This document shows, piece after piece, positions 35,446 to 45,465 of a stretch of DNA of 64,000 bases (positions are counted from its first letter, which is position 1; every line of letters starts with the position of its first letter). The notes beneath the pieces are model-generated. The model searched no databases, was not told the DNA's origin, and worked only from the letters and a program-made list of their open reading frames with translations. The position numbers were made by a program, and so were the translations under genes. The DNA lies in NCBI GenBank assembly GCA_001777665.1, contig MFEQ01000006.1:128880-192879 (forward strand), read 5' to 3'. The stretch is from Candidatus Doudnabacteria bacterium RIFCSPHIGHO2_02_FULL_42_25. GTDB taxonomy: Bacteria; Patescibacteriota; Doudnabacteria; UBA920; O2-02-FULL-48-8.

Positions 35446-36477
35446 CTAGTCTGTGGATTCGGGGTTTTGCTGATTATCTTCCATCATATCAACGACAAAT
35501 ACTGAAATTCCAGAAATAATCGGAATGGCGATAATCGCGCCCATGATTCCACCCAAAGTGCCACCAATCAAAACTCCCAAAATAACTATCACTGGATTTA
35601 AGCCTACACTCCGACTCATAACCACAGGTACGATGACGTGATTTTCTAATTGTTGAACCACGACATAGAGAATCAGCACTGCTAAGGCCAAAGCTGGGCT
35701 TTGCAAAAAAGCGAAAAATATCGCCGGGATCGCCGCGATCACAGGACCGATAAATGGAATAACTTCTAACAAGCCGGCAATTAGGGCGAGCAACAACGCA
35801 AATTCAATTTTTAGAAATGTTAATCCCGCAAAAGTTAAACCAAAAATCACAGTGGATAAAATCAGCTGTCCCAAAACCCAAGCGCCCATTTTCCTTTGAA
35901 TTTTGTTAACAAGTTTCAATACATAAGCTTGGTGCTTAAACGGAGTCAGGTGCTTCACGAAATTTTTCATACCGTTTTCTTCTGCCGTGAGATAGAACGA
36001 AACGGCCAAGACCGTAATTACTGAAACAAACCCACTAAAGACACCTTTGGTGGTTTGAAACAATGTCCCAGCGAAACTGCCAGCCAAGCCTTTTATACTA
36101 TTCGAAATTTCTCTGCCGATCCCAGTTGAGTTCAGTGAGTCGCGATAGATACCGACTTTCTCTGTGAATTTCTGATAAAAATCTTGCTGACTTAATTCTT
36201 GAAATTGTTGATTGATCGGCGGCACCATCAGGTAGACTACCAATACAACCACTCCGACGAATAGCGCATAAACAACCAAGACGCTCAAGCCTCGAGGAAT
36301 TTTATTGCGTTGTAAAAAATCTGCGAGCGGGTCGATAGCGGAGGCAATAATAATGGAAATTATCAGGAGTAAAACGATTTCACGAATCTCGAACAAAAAC
36401 CATATGAATAGCAAAATCAGCGCTACTTTTAGTATCGTTAAAGTCGAGATATTTACTGTATTATTCCGCTCTGACAT
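35446..36477 (-). CDS. AI-2E family (UPF0118/PerM) transporter
   Basis: 343 aa, 8 TM, typical AI-2E topology and Gly-rich C-terminal helices. Confidence 0.75.
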   Translation of the reverse strand: MSERNNTVNISTLTILKVALILLFIWFLFEIREIVLLLIISIIIASAIDPLADFLQRNKIPRGLSVLVVYALFVGVVVLVVYLMVPPINQQFQELSQQDFYQKFTEKVGIYRDSLNSTGIGREISNSIKGLAGSFAGTLFQTTKGVFSGFVSVITVLAVSFYLTAEENGMKNFVKHLTPFKHQAYVLKLVNKIQRKMGAWVLGQLILSTVIFGLTFAGLTFLKIEFALLLALIAGLLEVIPFIGPVIAAIPAIFFAFLQSPALALAVLILYVVVQQLENHVIVPVVMSRSVGLNPVIVILGVLIGGTLGGIMGAIIAIPIISGISVFVVDMMEDNQQNPESTD

Positions 36478-36489
36478 ACCACAAGTATA

Positions 36490-37326
36490 TCAAAGCTTCT
36501 GTAAAATAGCTATATTCCTCGGGTCATCTTTTGGAGTATCTTTTGGCGTTTCTAAAATCCAATCCAGCTTACTCAAAGCCTTATGATTAACTAGAGCTTT
36601 AAACCCGTCTAACCCGATGTGACCATCACCAATATGCTGGTGCCGGTCGAGATGCTTACCTAATTCAGCCAAGGAATCATTGGCGTGAATCATCACTAAT
36701 TTCTCAAGACCAATTACTTTATCAAATTGTTTAAGGGTTGCATCAACGTCTTTTTTTGTCCGCAAATCATAACCAGAAGCAAACGCATGGCAAGTATCAA
36801 AACAAATCCCAATATTATATTTTTTGAGAAGTTTATGTTCTAAAATCGCCGCAATCTCTTCGAATGTATCGCCAACAATCCGTCCAGCGCCGGCGGAAAT
36901 TTCGAGGAGTAATTGAGTGGATCCCTCATATCTCTCCATGGTTTTTGAAATCGATTTGGCGACTATTTCTATCCCTTCTTTGTCAGTTAATTCTCCAAAG
37001 CTGCCCAAATGCGTCATGACCGCGCGACAACTAAGCAGCGAGCCACGGTCCAATTCCTGACGAACGACGCTTATGGATCCGTATCGAATATTATTTTTCG
37101 TAGAGGCAAAATTAATAAAGTATGGGGTGTGAATATAAAAAGTATCAAGCTTCTGTTTTTTCATTTCAGCTTGAAATTCTTTGACCACATCTGGTGTGAT
37201 TGGTTTGAAAGGACCTCCGTGAGGAGATCTGGAAAAAATTTGAAAAACTTCCGCCCCAACTTTCGCCGCATTTGCAGGTGCTTTCCAAATCCCTCCGGCT
37301 ATTGATACATGTGAACCAATTCGCAT
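36490..37326 (-). CDS. nfo: Endonuclease IV (AP endonuclease, Nfo)
   Basis: MRIGSHVSIAGG...IHTPYFINFAS...HANDS. TIM-barrel Nfo motifs. Confidence 0.9.
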   Translation of the reverse strand: MRIGSHVSIAGGIWKAPANAAKVGAEVFQIFSRSPHGGPFKPITPDVVKEFQAEMKKQKLDTFYIHTPYFINFASTKNNIRYGSISVVRQELDRGSLLSCRAVMTHLGSFGELTDKEGIEIVAKSISKTMERYEGSTQLLLEISAGAGRIVGDTFEEIAAILEHKLLKKYNIGICFDTCHAFASGYDLRTKKDVDATLKQFDKVIGLEKLVMIHANDSLAELGKHLDRHQHIGDGHIGLDGFKALVNHKALSKLDWILETPKDTPKDDPRNIAILQKL

Positions 37327-38606
37327 TAGAGTTTTAATTTTTTTTCAAAAACTGTTTTGTCGGCAAATGGACCAACGATAGCCATATTTAGATTCTCGTT
37401 TGACATCAAATCTTTCGTCACGACTTCTACCTGTTCCACAGTAACCTTATCTAATTCTTCAAATGCTTGTTTGATCGTTCGGATGCGCCCTGTAAACGCT
37501 TCTTGACCCAAGTACCATTCCAGTTTTTCATGTGGGTCTTCCATAGCCAAAGCAATTTTACCTTTGATGTATTCTTGCGCTTTTTTCAGTTCTTTCGTGG
37601 TGATCCCAGAAGTTTGAACTTTTCGCAACTCATCCAAAATAATTTCTAATGCTGTAGGGGCCGAAGCGACTTTTAATCCTGACTGCACAAAAAAATCACC
37701 AGTGTCTAAATAATTATTAAATGATGTCGAAACATAATATGCTAACCCCATCCGTTCGCGGATCCGAATAAACAGCCGACTACTCATGCCGCCGCCTAAA
37801 ATGGTTGATAAAATTCGGAGCGGATAATTATGTTTGTGTCGGTACGGATATGCTCCAAAACCGACGATCATGTGCGCTTGTTCTGTAACTTTGTTTTGAA
37901 CAGAAAGTCTGGGCTTGGATTGTTTTTCGAATGCAGCTTTAAAGCCATTGGTTTTTTTATTCGGTTGGACTGACCAATGTTCCTCGATCAAATCTTCAAA
38001 TTGTTTTTGGTCAAAATTTCCGGAAATCGCAATGATAATGTTTGATGGTTGATAAAAGCGATTACGGTACTTCAAAATATCTTCGCGTGTAATCGATCGA
38101 ATGACATCAGCGGTGCCGGCGATATCCCGACCCAATGATTGCTCCGGCCATAACGTTTCCTCAAACAAAGATTCGACATGAATTTGGGGGTTATCTTTGT
38201 ACATGTTGATCTCTTCGATGATCACACCCTTTTCCCGTTGCATTTCTTTTTCGTCAAACAGAGGATTCTGCAACATATCTGTCAGCACCCCGAAAACTAG
38301 AGGCAGATGCTCATATGCCGACCGGATAAAATATTGGGTGTGCTCTTTTCCAGTATTGGCGTTAAATTCGCCGCCAATGCCATCTATGGTTTCGGATAAT
38401 TTTTTCGCTGTCGGATATTTTTTCGTGCCTTTGAAATGTAAATGTTCCAAAAAGTGGGAAATGCCGTTGATTGGTTTTTCTTCGTAACGACTTCCGGCTT
38501 TGACGAATATCGACATTGTGATTGAAGACGCATCTTCGATCGGGACCATGAGAACCGTTAACCCATTTTTTAGAATTTTTTTCTCGTAGACTGAATGTAT
38601 AGACAT
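37326..38606 (-). CDS. M16-family (insulinase/pitrilysin-like) zinc peptidase
   Basis: GISHFLEHLHFKGT (inverted HxxEH zinc motif), 426 aa. Confidence 0.8.
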   Translation of the reverse strand: MSIHSVYEKKILKNGLTVLMVPIEDASSITMSIFVKAGSRYEEKPINGISHFLEHLHFKGTKKYPTAKKLSETIDGIGGEFNANTGKEHTQYFIRSAYEHLPLVFGVLTDMLQNPLFDEKEMQREKGVIIEEINMYKDNPQIHVESLFEETLWPEQSLGRDIAGTADVIRSITREDILKYRNRFYQPSNIIIAISGNFDQKQFEDLIEEHWSVQPNKKTNGFKAAFEKQSKPRLSVQNKVTEQAHMIVGFGAYPYRHKHNYPLRILSTILGGGMSSRLFIRIRERMGLAYYVSTSFNNYLDTGDFFVQSGLKVASAPTALEIILDELRKVQTSGITTKELKKAQEYIKGKIALAMEDPHEKLEWYLGQEAFTGRIRTIKQAFEELDKVTVEQVEVVTKDLMSNENLNMAIVGPFADKTVFEKKLKL

Positions 38607-38612
38607 GTTAAC

Positions 38613-39962
38613 TTAACAATCTTGCAACTTATTTTTGAAATAATCAAGCAATTCACTGACCTTTACTCGATCTTGCTCCATCGTGTCACGATCTCGAACT
38701 GTCACTGACTGATCTTTTTCAGTATCGAAGTCCACAGTAATACAGTATGGCGTGCCTATCTCGTCTTGTCGACGATATCTTTTGCCAATAGATCCAGTTT
38801 CGTCGTACTGGCACATCCAGTTCTTGTTCAAGCTGTGTAAAATTTCTTCAGCTTGGCGGGTCAACGGTTCTTTCTTAGATAAGGGCAAGATAGCAATTTT
38901 AATTGGCGCTAAAACTTTTGGTAATTTCAAAGTGACTTCCATCTCATGCACAGCATCTTCTTTCCCAGACCTGGCTTCGGATTCAGAGTAAGCATCAACT
39001 AAGACAGCTAGCATAATGCGATCCATCCCAAATGTTGGTTCGACGACATAAGGAATAAATTCTTCGTTAGACTTTTCGTCTTTGACTCGAAGATTGGCAC
39101 CCGAAAGTTCGATGTGATTTTTTAAATCATAATCGGTTCTGTTTGCAATCCCCGCAATTTCATCCCAGCCGAACGGAAACTGATAATAAGTATCAACGGT
39201 TCGTTTCGAATAATGAGCCAACTCATCCTTCGGTAATTCAACTTTTTTGATGTTCTCTGCTTTCAAACCGAGATCTTTAATAAAAAAATCTTGTTGATAA
39301 TTTAACCAATCCTCAAATGAGGCATCATCTTCACCCGGTTTCACAAAATATTCGAGCTCGGCAATTGTAAATTCTTTCATTCGAAAGGTTAAATTACCCG
39401 TAGTTATTTCATTGCGAAAAGAACGACCAATCTGGGCAATACCAAATGGTAGCTTGCGTCGCATGGTTTCCATGACCAACTTAAAATCAGTAAACATAGT
39501 TTGAGCAGTTTCGCCTCTTAGATAAACCGTGGATTTGTTATCTTCAGTGGTTCCAATAAAGGTTTTAAATAAGAGATTGAAATTTTTGGGTTCAGTCCAT
39601 TCGACTTTCTTGCCGTCATGGGTTCGTTCATGCTCTTCGATATCTTTCGCTTTATCCGCACGCATGCGGGTATGACAAATTTTACATTCCACTAAAGGAT
39701 CAGTGAAATTTTTGACATGGCCTGACGCTTCCCATACTTTGGCATTCATAATAATCGGACCGCGGATCCCGACCATATCGGGTCGTTCTTGAACTATTTT
39801 CTTCCACCAAAGGTTTCTGATGTTGTTGAACAGTTCAGCGCCCAAGGGTCCATAATCATAACTATTCGCCAAACCGCCGTAAATTTCTGAACCGGGAAAT
39901 ATAAAACCTCGCCTTTTACTAAGCGAGATTATCTTCTCCATCAAATCATGTTGTTGCTTCAT
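38613..39962 (-). CDS. glyQS: Glycyl-tRNA synthetase (alpha2 dimeric type)
   Basis: MKQQHDLMEKIISLSKRRGFIFPGSEIYGGLANSYDYGPLGAEL..., class II motifs, anticodon-binding C-terminus. Confidence 0.9.
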   Translation of the reverse strand: MKQQHDLMEKIISLSKRRGFIFPGSEIYGGLANSYDYGPLGAELFNNIRNLWWKKIVQERPDMVGIRGPIIMNAKVWEASGHVKNFTDPLVECKICHTRMRADKAKDIEEHERTHDGKKVEWTEPKNFNLLFKTFIGTTEDNKSTVYLRGETAQTMFTDFKLVMETMRRKLPFGIAQIGRSFRNEITTGNLTFRMKEFTIAELEYFVKPGEDDASFEDWLNYQQDFFIKDLGLKAENIKKVELPKDELAHYSKRTVDTYYQFPFGWDEIAGIANRTDYDLKNHIELSGANLRVKDEKSNEEFIPYVVEPTFGMDRIMLAVLVDAYSESEARSGKEDAVHEMEVTLKLPKVLAPIKIAILPLSKKEPLTRQAEEILHSLNKNWMCQYDETGSIGKRYRRQDEIGTPYCITVDFDTEKDQSVTVRDRDTMEQDRVKVSELLDYFKNKLQDC

Positions 39963-40050
39963 GTTATTTTATGCGTCGCTGGATGGCATTGTCTGACAAT
40001 ACCTGGCTGCGCCGCCCTTTCTTTCATTCATACTAGCACAGATTTCAGCC

Positions 40051-40090
40051 AAAAAAAAGTCCCCTCAGCAGAAAAGGTTACCTAGGGGAC
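40051..40090 (-). terminator. Rho-independent terminator after ORF 40082-40471
   Basis: gtcccctcagcagaaaaggttacctaggggac with a T-run on the minus strand. Confidence 0.5.
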
Positions 40091-40471
40091 GGACAGTTTT
40101 CGTTCAAAGTCGAAAATGTCGTATTCGTTTGTCCTTACATAGAGATAAGAGCCCTTTTGTTCTTTACAACGCGTCGTCTTCTCGAAGTTGAGGCGATGAA
40201 AGATCAAAACAGGATTCTTGTGTTTGGTCTTGCCCACCAGCCAAATCGCGTAGTGGTTGGCTTCGTTGACGCGGACAGTGGTTTGCTTTTCCTTCTCGAG
40301 AAAAACTTGAAGCTCTTTCTGATCACGGAAGCAGCCGATGCGATTACTGACCCGGGGTCCTTGAGATTTTTTCTGGGTTCCAGAAACTGTCGCTCCCTGG
40401 AGTGACAGAAACACCGCGATGACAGCAAATAGAAGCACCAGCCACGACCTCCGTTTCGCTTTTTGTTTCAT
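40082..40471 (-). CDS. Hypothetical secreted protein (signal peptide)
   Basis: MKQKAKRRSWLVLLFAVIAVFLSLQGA signal peptide. No other motif. Confidence 0.45.
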   Translation of the reverse strand: MKQKAKRRSWLVLLFAVIAVFLSLQGATVSGTQKKSQGPRVSNRIGCFRDQKELQVFLEKEKQTTVRVNEANHYAIWLVGKTKHKNPVLIFHRLNFEKTTRCKEQKGSYLYVRTNEYDIFDFERKLSVP

Positions 40472-40568
40472 GACCCCACACCTCCTCATACCGATATGAT
40501 TCTAGAAACAAAAAACTCGCATGTCAAAAATTAACCACTTCGCATACGATCGTGGGGTAAGTGGTTAA

Positions 40569-42058
<1,490 letters not shown>

Positions 42059-42248
42059 ATATGTCCTTTCTCAATCAATTATAGCAATTACCCTTAACGT
42101 TTAATAGCATGGGGTACATAAAAGTACGATCGGACTAAATATGTCCAACTGCGATAATTTTCCCATTTCGGCACATATGTGAAAAATTGGGAAACAAAAA
42201 CACCCCGGGCTAAGCCGGGATGCTCTATAATTTTTATAGTGAGGATAG

Positions 42249-42332
42249 TTGTAAAATTAACTCGCGCAGGTCGACGGACCGAGCGCGTAGGCCAAAAATT
42301 CAGCAGAATTTTATGGCCGATAATTTTACAAC
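42249..42332. repeat. Structured intergenic element bounded by 12-bp inverted repeat gttgtaaaatta / taattttacaac
   Basis: Seen directly. GC-rich core actcgcgcaggtcgacggaccgagcgcgtaggcc. Confidence 0.4.
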
Positions 42333-42343
42333 CTGCCCGAGCG

Positions 42344-43105
42344 TCATTGAGCCCAAATGATATGGGTGATGACTGCGTTACCGTTGCCTAAATCTTTGAC
42401 GAACAGAGACGGCTTGCCATCCGATGAGGTTCGGATCGAACGACCCCAGTCCGAAGCTTCTTCGCCGAATTCTTGTCCTCTAGAATTAAGTATGGATGAA
42501 CCGATAGTTGTAGTGCTGTCCAGATGCGCATAAATTAATTCCAGCTCTTCATAATCATGGGCATTTGGATGTTGGTTTGTCGAAGGGTTGCTAGTGTAGT
42601 CCATGCAAGTATTCATATTTGGGTTATCAAAATTCTCATCTTGGTGATCCAACCCAAATGTATGACCGACTTCCTGGCAGACCACAAATTGTTTCCAGGC
42701 AGGAGTGTTGTATCGAGAAGTGTTGAAATAAGTATCATTCATTTTCACGGTGCCGGCAGTAATATGAGATCCAGAAATCCAAATTGAAGCAATGCCGAGC
42801 CAGCCGTTGTTGCCGTATCGGCTGTTACAAACTTGCACCTGACCAGACACAGCCTTACAGTTTTTTGGATTGGCACTGCCCGGAACCACTGTGGTGTCCA
42901 AAACTGTAGACTGACTCCAATCGGCTGAAGCTACATTCAAATAGCTGTCCCAGCTAGTGCTAAGATTATCGCCTAGTTTAAGCGTAAAAGGATTGGAAGT
43001 TCTGGCCCAATGGTAGCCACCCCAAGCATGGTTAGCAGAAGCCAAGTTAATGTTAAAAGCTAATGCAAAAAGGCCAAACAGAGACAAAATACGAAATAGT
43101 TTCAT
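42344..43105 (-). CDS. Secreted metzincin-like protease with variant QExxHxxGxxH motif
   Basis: Signal peptide MKLFRILSLFGLFALAFNINLASA. CQEVGHTFGLDHQDE fits HExxHxxGxxH except first H is Q. Met-turn candidate NTCMDY. Confidence 0.6.
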   Translation of the reverse strand: MKLFRILSLFGLFALAFNINLASANHAWGGYHWARTSNPFTLKLGDNLSTSWDSYLNVASADWSQSTVLDTTVVPGSANPKNCKAVSGQVQVCNSRYGNNGWLGIASIWISGSHITAGTVKMNDTYFNTSRYNTPAWKQFVVCQEVGHTFGLDHQDENFDNPNMNTCMDYTSNPSTNQHPNAHDYEELELIYAHLDSTTTIGSSILNSRGQEFGEEASDWGRSIRTSSDGKPSLFVKDLGNGNAVITHIIWAQ

Positions 43106-43174
43106 GTTTTTTCTTTAAGATTAATTGCTTCTTTTATTATATTGCTATAGCAATTTACTGGCAAGCAATAATTA

Positions 43175-43217
43175 AATTGCTACCTATTTTATACAAATGT
43201 AAAAAATAGAGTAAAAT
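43175..43217. promoter_or_regulatory. Palindromic operator-like motif, copy 1 (upstream of protease gene)
   Basis: aattgctacctattttatacaaatgtaaaaaatagagtaaaat. Shared with 44037-44080 and 44753-44793. Confidence 0.55.
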
Positions 43218-43229
43218 TATTCTAAATCA

Positions 43230-43985
43230 TCAAGTTTGTCCATAAATTTTTAATGCTTTTTGATGAAGCGTCTCTAATCGATCCATAAGCTCTCGTTTAA
43301 TCTGAAGCCCGGTTGATATATATTCACCAAAGTTAAAAATAATTTTATTTTCATTCTCTAACTTTGATAAGGATTCTAAACATCGATTCAAAAAAGTTAA
43401 AGATAGTGTATAGCCGACCCATGAAATATTCCAAGCCAAATCATTAAAATTTTCAATTACATCTTCAAAATCATAATCGTTCGAGGCATAAACAATTTTG
43501 GACGCTACATAATTGCAATTTTTTAAGATTCTAAATAAATGAATAAACTTGTGCCTCTCATACAAATCACAGCTCCTTTTTAGCATGTCAATGCTCCAAA
43601 CTTTAGCGATTTTGTATAACTTATCATCTTTCCATTTCTCGCGTCGTTCTTGAAACCGCATTTCTGATTCTAATGAAAAATTATGGTCTGAAAATAACTC
43701 ATCCTCAATTAAAGCCATTTCTCGCCGAAATTTAAGATACTCAAAGTCCTCAATCATTTTTTTCCTAACAATTTCTTCTAACTCTTTAGACCGTTGCTGC
43801 TCTCTCTGATTCCAATATTCCTCATCCAAGGTTCCTTTAAAATACTCTTCAAAATTATCATGCCACATGGCACGAAAACCGAGGTTATATTTAAATAACT
43901 CCTGCTCCAGTTCTTTTACAACTTCCAGTTCCTCTTGCGAATAATTGTTTCCAGCGTTCCACATATAATAAATAAAACGGCTCAA
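43230..43985 (-). CDS. Hypothetical protein
   Basis: 251 aa ORF preceded by operator motif copy 2. Confidence 0.5.
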   Translation of the reverse strand: MSRFIYYMWNAGNNYSQEELEVVKELEQELFKYNLGFRAMWHDNFEEYFKGTLDEEYWNQREQQRSKELEEIVRKKMIEDFEYLKFRREMALIEDELFSDHNFSLESEMRFQERREKWKDDKLYKIAKVWSIDMLKRSCDLYERHKFIHLFRILKNCNYVASKIVYASNDYDFEDVIENFNDLAWNISWVGYTLSLTFLNRCLESLSKLENENKIIFNFGEYISTGLQIKRELMDRLETLHQKALKIYGQT

Positions 43986-44036
43986 TCCGCCGCTTTTATT
44001 AATATAAACCCAAAGCTCGGGTTTGTCAATTTGAAG

Positions 44037-44080
44037 AATTGCTACCTATTTTATACAAATGTAAAAAATGAGTAGCAATT
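44037..44080. promoter_or_regulatory. Palindromic operator-like motif, copy 2
   Basis: aattgctacctattttatacaaatgtaaaaaatgagtagcaatt. Confidence 0.55.
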
Positions 44081-44083
44081 TTC

Positions 44084-44749
44084 TTAAATTAAATTTTTCT
44101 TCTTGAAAAAATTCTTCAAAACCTTTTCGTCTTCAATATCCATGCGATTTATCTCCATCAAAGTCACATATCGCGATATGTAATAATAACTGGCCACATA
44201 TTCTACTACCTTACGGGGATCATAAGGATAAAACCACAAAGTTCTCTGTAATGGGTAGAAACCTAACTCCTTCAATTTTCTTCGTAATAAATCAGCACTT
44301 TGTCTATACTGCTTGGTGGGAATATCAGCTGCTACTTGCCACCATTTACCATCCCAAAATTTTTGTTTTTCGATTTCTGCCGTCGCGATATTAATTTTTT
44401 GTGCTCGCTTTTTTCCTTCATCAGTTATAAATGCAAAAATTTCCTTGTTTGTTTTTTTAAATTTAACTAGTCCAGATTTTTTCAAATAGAAAAATGATCT
44501 GGTAATTTGATCGGCTTTTTCTTTTTTCGTCCACTTTTTTCCAGGATATTTATTCTTATTTAATCGACCAACCGCTGAGAATAAATTTGGAGCAACAACC
44601 GCGACTGCGACAATCCCAGTAATCGCGACTGACGCAAGGACAATATTCCTAATTGTTTTCATCTTCTCAATTTGAGCAGGAGTGAAAACTGACTGCTTAT
44701 CTTCGGGAATAGCTTGCGAAATGGCTTTATTTATTTTGAAATATGTCAT
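44084..44749 (-). CDS. Hypothetical single-TM protein, weak PaaX_C-like motif (candidate membrane-anchored regulator)
   Basis: TM helix IRNIVLASVAITGIVAVAVVAPNLF. C-terminal LKELGFYPLQRTLWFYPYD resembles the PaaX C-domain; weak. Confidence 0.4.
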   Translation of the reverse strand: MTYFKINKAISQAIPEDKQSVFTPAQIEKMKTIRNIVLASVAITGIVAVAVVAPNLFSAVGRLNKNKYPGKKWTKKEKADQITRSFFYLKKSGLVKFKKTNKEIFAFITDEGKKRAQKINIATAEIEKQKFWDGKWWQVAADIPTKQYRQSADLLRRKLKELGFYPLQRTLWFYPYDPRKVVEYVASYYYISRYVTLMEINRMDIEDEKVLKNFFKKKNLI

Positions 44750-44752
44750 ATA

Positions 44753-44793
44753 AATTGCTACCTATTTTATACATTTGGATAAAATAGGGTAGA
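44753..44793. promoter_or_regulatory. Palindromic operator-like motif, copy 3 (best palindrome), 4 nt upstream of start of 44084-44749
   Basis: aattgctacctattttatacatttggataaaatagggtag: arms ctacctattttat / ataaaatagggtag. Confidence 0.55.
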
Positions 44794-44861
44794 ATTTTTA
44801 AAGTATATTATTGCTTAAGGATTATTGTCAAGATTTTTATTGTCAAATGGCTGACAAATAA

Positions 44862-45455
44862 TCAGCGTGTAGAAATTGGCTTGGGGATTTTTTGGCGGCG
44901 GATCAGACAAATTACGGCGACCGTCAGATTGCTTACTATAACCATTAGCACGTAGGGTAAAGTTAAAGCATTGTAAGCTTGTAACGAAAGAAGCGCAAAA
45001 CACATCGCGATGAAAAATCCAATCCATGATTTTACGGTTTCGCTCCATGGTTCTTGCCAGGATTTTCTATACGTGGGGAAGTAACCGACAAAATCGATAA
45101 CGGTAACCATGATCACTGCAATCAGTGGCTGATCAAGTTGCCACCAGACGACTATCGCTGCTAGTGCTCCAATTAAAATAATTGTATCGCTTTTGGTAAT
45201 ATTTTTCGTGCCGTACTTGAGAGCAAGTAAAAAAACTAGAGTGTTTACAGTCGCGGCCATAAACATTCCGCCAGCTCCCCAACCACCTCCGCCAGCAAGA
45301 GATGCGAATGCCGCAGTGTACTGGGTGATTGCCCAAATCAGCCATGTATAAAGATGGGGCTGGGTTCGCTTTTTAAAAATATCTACAAAATAGGGAATAC
45401 TAAACCCCAATCCGAAGATTGAGGCTAGTATAAAGAAAAATAATTTGATGTCCAT
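44862..45455 (-). CDS. Hypothetical 6-TM membrane protein
   Basis: 197 aa, hydrophobic helices, Gly-rich GGGGWGAGG loop. Confidence 0.5.
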   Translation of the reverse strand: MDIKLFFFILASIFGLGFSIPYFVDIFKKRTQPHLYTWLIWAITQYTAAFASLAGGGGWGAGGMFMAATVNTLVFLLALKYGTKNITKSDTIILIGALAAIVVWWQLDQPLIAVIMVTVIDFVGYFPTYRKSWQEPWSETVKSWIGFFIAMCFALLSLQAYNALTLPYVLMVIVSNLTVAVICLIRRQKIPKPISTR

Positions 45456-45465
45456 TTAAGAACTT

